A stretch of 64,000 nt of DNA, from assembly GCA_963714375.1 (NCBI GenBank), contig CAVQOG010000008.1, positions 413,171 through 477,170 on the forward strand. The letters are read 5' to 3'. Positions 54,429-61,549 of the stretch are shown piece after piece (position 1 is the first letter of the stretch; each line of letters starts with the position of its first letter). Source of the stretch: an uncultured Acidimicrobiia bacterium (lineage in GTDB: Bacteria > Actinomycetota > Acidimicrobiia > Spongiisociales > UBA5794). The notes under the pieces were generated by a model. The model searched no databases. It saw only the letters and a program-made list of their open reading frames with translations, and was not told the DNA's origin. The translations under genes and the position numbers were made by a program.

Positions 54429-55166
54429 CTAGACGGTTGAGTCTTGCGGAACCCAGGTCTCGGGAACGGTCTCAGGGACGAGTTCCTCATTCTTGCCCCG
54501 TGAGACCCAAACCATGCCGAGTCCGACAAAGCCGAACGTCAGGCCGAGTCCGAAGAGCAACGCTGTTACGCCGAGCCCAAGCTGGAGCGTGGAGGCCGTA
54601 ACGGTTCCGACACCGAGCTCACCGTAGAGAGCGTGTGCGGTTCCTGACCATGCCTTCTCTCGAGCTGGACCCTCAAGCGGGTGCGAGCGGTCGAAGTCGG
54701 TCCAGTAGCCGCCAAGACCCGCCGCGACGCGTTCTGGGCTTCCTACCTCGTGGATCACTACTTCGTAGCTACCCGCTGGGAACGTCTCGCCGTCGTATTC
54801 GACTGCTTCGTCGAGCACCACGGTCTGCGTGCTGTGCACGGTGTGATAGCCGATCGTGGCCATCTGGTACATGTACTCAGTCGCCGTGTTGACGAGCGGA
54901 TCGTTCGGATCCAAATCTGCCTCGTTGACGGGGTAGTTCCAATCGTCGACAAGCACGCTCATGATCGCGTCGGCACCTTCGGTGGTACCGCGATCGACGA
55001 GTTGGCCGTCTTCGTTGTATGAGAGTGTTACGTTCTGCGCTTCGCTGAATGACTGCAGTGAGTCGTAGCCTGCTTGAACCTGCATGTAGGCGTAGCCGCC
55101 ACCAAACAGGAAGAGGACTCCGATTACCGCAACGACAATCCCGAGTGTGCGGAGTCGAGTGAGCAT
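54429..55166 (-). CDS. Hypothetical membrane protein with N- and C-terminal TM helices
   Basis: Open frame with normal codon use, hydrophobic ends and an RBS-like AAGGGA. An alternative ATG lies at 55172. Confidence 0.75.
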   Translation of the reverse strand: MLTRLRTLGIVVAVIGVLFLFGGGYAYMQVQAGYDSLQSFSEAQNVTLSYNEDGQLVDRGTTEGADAIMSVLVDDWNYPVNEADLDPNDPLVNTATEYMYQMATIGYHTVHSTQTVVLDEAVEYDGETFPAGSYEVVIHEVGSPERVAAGLGGYWTDFDRSHPLEGPAREKAWSGTAHALYGELGVGTVTASTLQLGLGVTALLFGLGLTFGFVGLGMVWVSRGKNEELVPETVPETWVPQDSTV

Positions 55167-55193
55167 TTCCATTCCCTTCTTTCCTGGAACCAG

Positions 55194-55234
55194 TTGTGAT
55201 TCAACTCACAATCTTCTTGTGATTCCTTTCACAA
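55194..55234. promoter_or_regulatory. Two tandem TTGTGA-N6-TCACAA operators (Crp/GlxR-like or Rex-like)
   Basis: TTGTGA-ttcaac-TCACAA (55194-55211) and TTGTGA-ttcctt-TCACAA (55217-55234). Confidence 0.8.
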
Positions 55235-55367
55235 GGTATCACAGGTTGGGATCTATTGCTAGGGGTTTTCTCATGAATCTTTCATGGACATCGGTGAATC
55301 TCGTACATCGGCGGCGCTCGCACCAGGTGGAGTTGGTTGTTTGAGCAGAATCGACCACCATGGGTCC

Positions 55368-55655
55368 ATGAGCATCGCAGCCGTCATTTCAGAACTCACC
55401 GAAGCCCACAACGCGGGAAGCCTTGTGTCGATTCATATGCACGATGGTGTTCTCATTGAGTACGCGGAGGTGGTTGACTTCCCAAAGCCCGGGACCGGGC
55501 CGGAGAAAGTGCGCGTCCAGCCATATCGGGTTCTGAGCGGGTCACGGTTGTCCAAGCGAGGGACCCGCAGACACCTCACGATCAATCAGATCGCATATGT
55601 CACCGTCCTGGAGGAACGACCGGTACCTCAGACCGAGAACGATCCTCGCGACTGA
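55368..55655 (+). CDS. Small hypothetical protein, 95 aa
   Basis: It is the only plausible ORF filling the gap. No motif recognised. Confidence 0.5.
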   Translation: MSIAAVISELTEAHNAGSLVSIHMHDGVLIEYAEVVDFPKPGTGPEKVRVQPYRVLSGSRLSKRGTRRHLTINQIAYVTVLEERPVPQTENDPRD

Positions 55656-55671
55656 AGTGGTGCCGGGGCTA

Positions 55672-57252
55672 CTACGCCGATTCGGCCCGTTCACGGTGGC
55701 GGACCAAACCCATCAAGAGTCCGTCAGATATGGCTGTCCAGGATGCATCGATGATGTTCTGGTGGACGCCGACGCTGCCCCACGTTGAGTCGATGTCCGT
55801 GTGTTCGGTGAGGACGCGGACCCTCGCGCTCGTGCCGTCGGAGCTATCAAGGTCTCGCACGCGGTAGTCGGTCAGCTTGATCGAATCGACATTGGGGTAC
55901 CGGTCGGCCAACGCCGCCCGCAGCGCACGGTCAAGCGCCGAAACCGGGCCATCCCCTTCACGGGTAGAAACGATCCGCTTGCCGTCTACGACGACTTTCA
56001 CCGTTGCCTCGGCCACGACATCACCGCCACGATGCTCAACGAAGACGCGGTAGGACTCGACGTCGAAGAAGTCCTGATCCCATCCTGCCGCCTCGCGTGC
56101 CAGCAGCTCGAAGGATCCACCGGCTGATTCATAGGTGTACCCAAGGTGTTCGCGTTCTTTGATCCGATCGATCACCAACTGCGCTTGTGACGATGTCAGG
56201 TCGAGTCCCGACTCTTTCGCTTTCGCCACGACTGTCGACCTACCGGCGAGCTCGGATACAACCATGCGAGTCTCGTTGCCTACCGCGGTTGGTGCCATGT
56301 GCTCGTACGCATCGGGTCTCCGAGCCATGGCTGATGTGTGTAGCCCTGCCTTGTGCGTGAATGCTGATGCACCGACGTAGGGGAGATGTGGGTCAAGTGT
56401 CAGATTCACGACATCGGCAATGTGATGGGAGATCGCCGTCAACCTGCCGAGCCGATCTTTCGGGATTGTGTCGTATCCCATCTTGAGACTGAGGTTCGGA
56501 ATGACCGAACACAAGTCGGCATTGCCAGTTCGTTCGCCGTATCCGTTCACACAGCCCTGAACCTGCAAGACCCCATTGCGAACCGCCGTGAGCGAGTTCC
56601 CGACGGCCAAGCCTGTGTCATTGTGGAAGTGGCATCCGAAGGTTCCACCTGAAATGGCTTCCGTCACCTCACCGACCGTCTGCTCGACCTCATGGGAGAG
56701 AAACCCGCCGTTGGTATCGCACAGAACGAGACGTGTGGCTCCTGCATCGTGGGCCGCTTGGAGCACCGCGAGAGCAAAATCTGGGTTGGAGCGATAGCCG
56801 TCGAAGAAATGCTCGGAATCGAAGAACACTTCGCGATCGTGCGACCGAAAGAAGGCGACCGTGTCGCCCACCATTGCGACTGCTTCGTCGAGTGAGGTGC
56901 GAAGGGCGTGTTCAACGTGGTAGTCCCACGACTTCCCGACCAGACACACGGTCCCGGTTTCGGCCGCAAGAATCTTGTGTACTTGCTCGTCATCCTCGGC
57001 AGTGACGCCAGCCTTTCGTGTCGCACCGAAAGCTACGAGCTTGGCATTCTGCATGGACAGTTCGGTGCGGGCCATCTGGAAGAACTCGTCCTCCTTTGGG
57101 TTCGCACCGGGCCATCCGCCCTCCACATAGGCAACCCCGAGATCGTCGAGCAGGCGGCAGACGGCGAGCTTGTCCTTTGGGGTCAGCGAGATGCCTTCTT
57201 GCTGAGTCCCATCTCGGAGGGTGGTGTCGTAGATCTCGACTGTCTGATTCAT
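55672..57252 (-). CDS. cimA: Citramalate synthase (LeuA/CimA family)
   Basis: YDTTLRDGTQQEG, EGGWPGANPK, FFDSEHFFDGY, HFHND, YGERTGNAD and a C-terminal regulatory domain. Confidence 0.9.
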   Translation of the reverse strand: MNQTVEIYDTTLRDGTQQEGISLTPKDKLAVCRLLDDLGVAYVEGGWPGANPKEDEFFQMARTELSMQNAKLVAFGATRKAGVTAEDDEQVHKILAAETGTVCLVGKSWDYHVEHALRTSLDEAVAMVGDTVAFFRSHDREVFFDSEHFFDGYRSNPDFALAVLQAAHDAGATRLVLCDTNGGFLSHEVEQTVGEVTEAISGGTFGCHFHNDTGLAVGNSLTAVRNGVLQVQGCVNGYGERTGNADLCSVIPNLSLKMGYDTIPKDRLGRLTAISHHIADVVNLTLDPHLPYVGASAFTHKAGLHTSAMARRPDAYEHMAPTAVGNETRMVVSELAGRSTVVAKAKESGLDLTSSQAQLVIDRIKEREHLGYTYESAGGSFELLAREAAGWDQDFFDVESYRVFVEHRGGDVVAEATVKVVVDGKRIVSTREGDGPVSALDRALRAALADRYPNVDSIKLTDYRVRDLDSSDGTSARVRVLTEHTDIDSTWGSVGVHQNIIDASWTAISDGLLMGLVRHRERAESA

Positions 57253-57263
57253 GGTGGTTCTCC

Positions 57264-57295
57264 AACGAAAGAACCCTCCGGGTTTCGGAGGGTTC
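57264..57295 (-). terminator. Attenuator terminator upstream of cimA
   Basis: Minus strand reads GAACCCTCCG-aaacc-CGGAGGGTTC-TTTCGTT, a 10-bp perfect stem ending about 12 nt before the cimA ATG. Confidence 0.8.
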
Positions 57296-57325
57296 GTCAG
57301 CGCACACGCGTTTCGCGTGGGCGCC

Positions 57326-57361
57326 CTACGTAATAATGATGGTGGTTGCGGTCTTGATCAT
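57326..57361 (-). CDS. Thr/Ile-rich leader peptide MIKTATTIIIT of the cimA attenuator
   Basis: ATG ATC AAG ACC GCA ACC ACC ATC ATT ATT ACG TAG, with 4 Thr and 4 Ile among 11 codons. Confidence 0.85.
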   Translation of the reverse strand: MIKTATTIIIT

Positions 57362-57370
57362 GAATTCGTG

Positions 57371-57399
57371 AGTATGGACGGTTTCTGTCAGTAGGTCAA
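57371..57399 (-). promoter_or_regulatory. Housekeeping-sigma promoter of the cimA leader
   Basis: Minus strand reads TTGACC-N17-CATACT, 9 nt before the leader ATG. Confidence 0.8.
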
Positions 57400-57511
57400 G
57401 ACGCGACCCAACACGCCGGCGGTCCGCCGGCATGTATCCTCGCCCAGACCGCACGCCACGAGGTGGCGCCGGGCCGTGTAGCAAGAGCGATGCAAGACAA
57501 GGGAGAAGCCG

Positions 57512-58507
57512 GTGGGGAGCGAGGGAAAGCAGCGGATCTTTTCGGGTGTGCAGCCCACCGGGCAGCCTCATCTTGGAAACTACCTCGGAGCATTTCGCAA
57601 CTGGGCTCGACTCCAGAGTGACTACGACGCGATCTACTGCATCGTCGACTTGCATGCCATGACCGTTGAATACAGCCCTGTTGATCTCGAAGCGGCAAGG
57701 GTTGACACAGCTCGGGTGCTTCTGGCGCTTGGTATCGATCCTTCGCGTTCGCTCCTGTACACCCAGAGCCAGGTGTCCGGTCACGCCGAGCTTGCGTGGA
57801 TTCTGAGCACGTTGATGCCGATGGGTGTGTTGAACCGCATGACCCAGTTCAAGGACAAGACGACTGCGGGCCACGCATCCAACCTCGGCTTGTACTCATA
57901 TCCAGTTCTGATGGCTGCCGACATTCTGTTGTACCGAGCGAATCTCGTTCCCGTCGGTGACGATCAGCGACAGCACCTTGAGGTGACGCGGGATGTTGCC
58001 GAGCGATTCAACAACCGCTTCGGCGATGTGTTTCCCATTCCCGAGGCCTACATCCCCGAAACCTCAGCGCGTGTCATGTCGTTGACAGATCCGACGGCGA
58101 AAATGTCCAAGTCCGATAGCCAGCCGAAGGCGTCCATATCGATCCTCGACGACGCAGACGTGATCAGCAAGCGGATCAGAAGCGCGGTCACCGACAGTGA
58201 TCCTGTTGTCCGCTACGACACCGATGCAAAGCCAGGGATATCAAATCTCCTCGAGATCATGGCTGCTTGCACGGACCGATCGATCGATGATCTCGTCAAG
58301 GAATACGGAGACGGTGGCTATGGGGCGTTCAAGGCTGCAGTTGCCGAAGCTGTTGTCGAAGAGTTGGCTCCCGTCAAAGCCGCATACAACGCCTTGAAGA
58401 ACGGCGACGTGCGTGAGGTGTTGCGAACCTCGGGGGAAAAGGCCCGTGAGCTTTCTGTTGGGTACCAGCGCGAGGTGTATCGGGCAGTCGGGATGAAGGG
58501 CTACTAA
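57512..58507 (+). CDS. trpS: Tryptophan--tRNA ligase
   Basis: FSGVQPTGQPHLGNYLG, YPVLMAADILLY, VPVGDDQRQH, KMSKS. Confidence 0.97.
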   Translation: MGSEGKQRIFSGVQPTGQPHLGNYLGAFRNWARLQSDYDAIYCIVDLHAMTVEYSPVDLEAARVDTARVLLALGIDPSRSLLYTQSQVSGHAELAWILSTLMPMGVLNRMTQFKDKTTAGHASNLGLYSYPVLMAADILLYRANLVPVGDDQRQHLEVTRDVAERFNNRFGDVFPIPEAYIPETSARVMSLTDPTAKMSKSDSQPKASISILDDADVISKRIRSAVTDSDPVVRYDTDAKPGISNLLEIMAACTDRSIDDLVKEYGDGGYGAFKAAVAEAVVEELAPVKAAYNALKNGDVREVLRTSGEKARELSVGYQREVYRAVGMKGY

Positions 58508-58616
58508 CGCCCGGTATGGCGACTGACCATTCGCCCACTTCCTCGCAGTGCTGGAATCGACCAGCGCCCAGGAACGAGTAGCCTGCCGATTGCTGGCACC
58601 AACCGGAGGTTCTCTC

Positions 58617-59774
58617 GTGGAAATCGAGATCGGTATCGCAAAAACTGGTCGACGGGCGTGGGGGTTCGACGACATTGCGATCGTTCCTTCCCGGCGCACA
58701 CGGGATCCAGAAGACGTTGATCTGTCGTGGGAACTCGACGCATTCACCTTCGATCTTCCTTTGATGGCATCAGGCATGGACTCGGCTGTCACTCCAGCCA
58801 CTGCAATCGAGATCGGCAGGCTCGGCGGCCTGGCATGTCTCAATCTTGAGGGCCTGTGGACACGATACGAGGATCCGATACCTGTCTACGACGAGATCGC
58901 ATCGTTGACAAACGAAAAGGCGACCCAGCGTATGCAGGAGCTGTATGCGGTGCCGGTGAACCCCGATCTCATCACCAAGCGTGTGCGGCAGATCAAGGAT
59001 GCAGGCGTTGCCGCATGCGGGAGTCTTACCCCGCAAAACGTGGCTTCGTACATCGACTACGCCAAGGCAGGCGGACTCGATGTGCTCGTCATCCAGGGGA
59101 CGGTCGTGTCCGCCGAGCATGTGAGTTCACGAACAGAGCCTCTTGATCTCTTTGCCTTCATTCGCGAAGTCGAGATGCCGGTCATCGTCGGGGGCTGTGC
59201 CTCCTACTCGGGTGCCCTCCACCTCATGCGTACAGGTGCCGTCGGAGTCCTGGTCGGTGTCGGCCCCGGGGCGGCATGCACAACGCGGGGCGTGCTCGGT
59301 ATTGGTGTGCCGCAAGCGACGGCAATCGCAGATGCTGCGGGAGCTCGAACCTCCTACCTTGAGGAGACGGGCCGCTATGTTCACGTCATCGCCGATGGCG
59401 GGATGCGAACGGGGGGCGACATATCCAAGGCGATCGCATGCGGCGCTGATGCCGTGATGCTTGGATCTCCCATCGCGTCGAGTTCTGAGTCCCCCTCTGG
59501 CGGGTATCACTGGGGAATGGCAACGTTCCATCCGACACTTCCCCGTGGCTCTCGTGTTGAAACAGGGACGCTCGGATCGCTTGAGGAGATTCTTGTTGGC
59601 CCGGCACACGAGAATGATGGACGAAGGAATCTTTTCGGTGGACTCCGAGGTTCAATGGCAACCACCGGATACGCTACGGTCAAGGAATTCCAGAAGGCCG
59701 AAGTCATGGTTGCCCCTGCCCTCCAGACAGAGGGAAAGCGGCTGCAACGATCCCAGGGTGTGGGGATGGGCTGA
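58617..59774 (+). CDS. GuaB3-family IMP dehydrogenase-related protein
   Basis: [45 protein letters not shown], no CBS domains. Confidence 0.9.
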   Translation: MEIEIGIAKTGRRAWGFDDIAIVPSRRTRDPEDVDLSWELDAFTFDLPLMASGMDSAVTPATAIEIGRLGGLACLNLEGLWTRYEDPIPVYDEIASLTNEKATQRMQELYAVPVNPDLITKRVRQIKDAGVAACGSLTPQNVASYIDYAKAGGLDVLVIQGTVVSAEHVSSRTEPLDLFAFIREVEMPVIVGGCASYSGALHLMRTGAVGVLVGVGPGAACTTRGVLGIGVPQATAIADAAGARTSYLEETGRYVHVIADGGMRTGGDISKAIACGADAVMLGSPIASSSESPSGGYHWGMATFHPTLPRGSRVETGTLGSLEEILVGPAHENDGRRNLFGGLRGSMATTGYATVKEFQKAEVMVAPALQTEGKRLQRSQGVGMG

Positions 59775-61342
59775 TGGCGGCACCGTCCGTCTCTGGCCAT
59801 GCATCCACGGGTGATTTCGATCGGGTCCTCGTTGTCGATTTTGGGGCTCAGTACGCCCAGTTGATTGCACGGCGGGTCCGCGAGGCCAACGTCTTTTCCG
59901 AAATCGTATCTCGCGAGATCACTGCAGCCGAAGTGCTGGCCAAGGCACCGATCGGGATCATTCTCTCGGGAGGGCCAGCGTCGGTTTACGCCACGGATGC
60001 ATACGGGATTGACGAGTCGATTTTCGGCCTTGGGATCCCGGTGCTTGGGATTTGCTACGGCCATCAGGTGCTTGCGAAGGCGCTCGGTGGCACGGTCGCC
60101 TCGACGGGGAAATCCGAGTTCGGACCTGCCGACCTCACCGTCTCTGACGATGGTTGCCTCTTTCGGGAACTCCCTGGGACACAAACGGTGTGGATGAGCC
60201 ACAACGATGCCGTGTCAGTCGCTCCCGAGGGGTTCACAGTGACGGCTTCAACACCCGATGCAGCGGTCGCAGCCATGGAAGACCGCAAGCGAGGCCTGTA
60301 TGGGGTGCAATTCCATCCCGAAGTCGGCCACACGCAACACGGACAAGCGGTTCTCGAACGGTTCCTTGCCGATGCATGTGGCGCACGACCGTCGTGGACG
60401 AATGACAGCATCATCGAACAGTCCGTTGCATCGATCCGCGAGATGGTTGGGGAAGGGATAGCGATCTGCGGGTTGTCCGGTGGCGTTGACTCTTCTGTTG
60501 CCGCGGCATTGGTTCACAGGGCGATCGGCGACCAGCTCGTTTGCGTGTTTGTCGACCACGGATTGATGCGGCTCGGTGAGGGCGAGCAGGTTGAGGACAC
60601 ATTCCGCAACCATTTCCACATGAACCTGATTCATGTCAAAGCTCAGGACAGGTTCCTCGATGCGCTGTCAGGGGTGACCGATCCGGAGGAAAAGCGGAAG
60701 ATCATCGGGGAGACCTTCATCCGGGTGTTTGAAGAGGTTGCATCCGAGATCGACGGTGCCGATCACCTCGTCCAGGGCACGCTGTACCCAGACGTGATCG
60801 AATCGGGTACGAAGGATGCCGCGAAGATCAAGAGCCACCACAACGTCGGCGGTCTCCCGGACGAAATGCATTTTGACCTTGTCGAACCATTGAGAGACCT
60901 CTTCAAGGACGAGGTCCGTAGCGTCGGCGAAGAGCTCGGACTTCCCGATGAAATCGTATGGCGACAGCCTTTTCCCGGTCCGGGGCTCGCGGTCCGGATT
61001 ATCGGCGATATCACGCTCGAAAGGCTCGACATCCTTCGGGCAGCAGATGCGATCGTGCTCGACGAGATCCGCAAGGCCGGTCTCTATCGAAAGATCTGGC
61101 AGTCATTCGGAGTGCTTCCAGCGATCAAGACCGTGGGGGTGCAGGGTGATGGGCGCACCTATGCCTATCCGCTGATTCTGCGAGCCGTGACCTCCGACGA
61201 TGCCATGACCGCCGATTGGGCCCGCATTCCCTACGACATACTCGCCAAGATCTCCTCTCGCGTAATCAACGAGGTGCCAGGCATCAATCGCGTCGCATAT
61301 GACATCTCGAGCAAACCACCTGCCACCATCGAGTGGGAGTAG
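59774..61342 (+). CDS. guaA: GMP synthase (glutamine-hydrolysing)
   Basis: [37 protein letters not shown]. Confidence 0.98.
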   Translation: MAAPSVSGHASTGDFDRVLVVDFGAQYAQLIARRVREANVFSEIVSREITAAEVLAKAPIGIILSGGPASVYATDAYGIDESIFGLGIPVLGICYGHQVLAKALGGTVASTGKSEFGPADLTVSDDGCLFRELPGTQTVWMSHNDAVSVAPEGFTVTASTPDAAVAAMEDRKRGLYGVQFHPEVGHTQHGQAVLERFLADACGARPSWTNDSIIEQSVASIREMVGEGIAICGLSGGVDSSVAAALVHRAIGDQLVCVFVDHGLMRLGEGEQVEDTFRNHFHMNLIHVKAQDRFLDALSGVTDPEEKRKIIGETFIRVFEEVASEIDGADHLVQGTLYPDVIESGTKDAAKIKSHHNVGGLPDEMHFDLVEPLRDLFKDEVRSVGEELGLPDEIVWRQPFPGPGLAVRIIGDITLERLDILRAADAIVLDEIRKAGLYRKIWQSFGVLPAIKTVGVQGDGRTYAYPLILRAVTSDDAMTADWARIPYDILAKISSRVINEVPGINRVAYDISSKPPATIEWE

Positions 61343-61344
61343 GA

Positions 61345-61473
61345 GCTTTCAGCTTTCAGCTCACAGCTTTCGGCCAGCCGAAATCTGGGGAGCCACGCGG
61401 AAGGGCTTTCATCTTGCGCACTGATCGAACTCTGACTGGCTGTGAGCTGTGAGCTTTGAGCTGTGAGCTCAAG
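61345..61473. repeat. Pair of mutually inverted 7-bp arrays after guaA
   Basis: 61345-61372: gctttca gctttca gctcaca gctttcg. 61439-61473: gctgtga gctgtga gctttga gctgtga gctcaag. Confidence 0.85.
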
Positions 61474-61549
61474 GGCCATAGTCCTCAAGCCCTATGCGGC
61501 GGGATCCGATATGCACTAGTAGAACCAATGCGGCAACGCAGGGACATGA

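Noticed and set aside
57400-57511. T-box or Trp attenuator upstream of trpS, and a 17-bp palindrome GCCGGCGGTCCGCCGGC at 57415-57431
   Set aside because: There is no T-box motif or Trp-codon uORF. The palindrome is all G/C apart from its centre and has no second copy, so it is weak evidence for an operator.
58508-59774. No canonical CBS-containing guaB beside guaB3-guaA
   Set aside because: It may simply lie elsewhere in the genome, which cannot be judged from one window.
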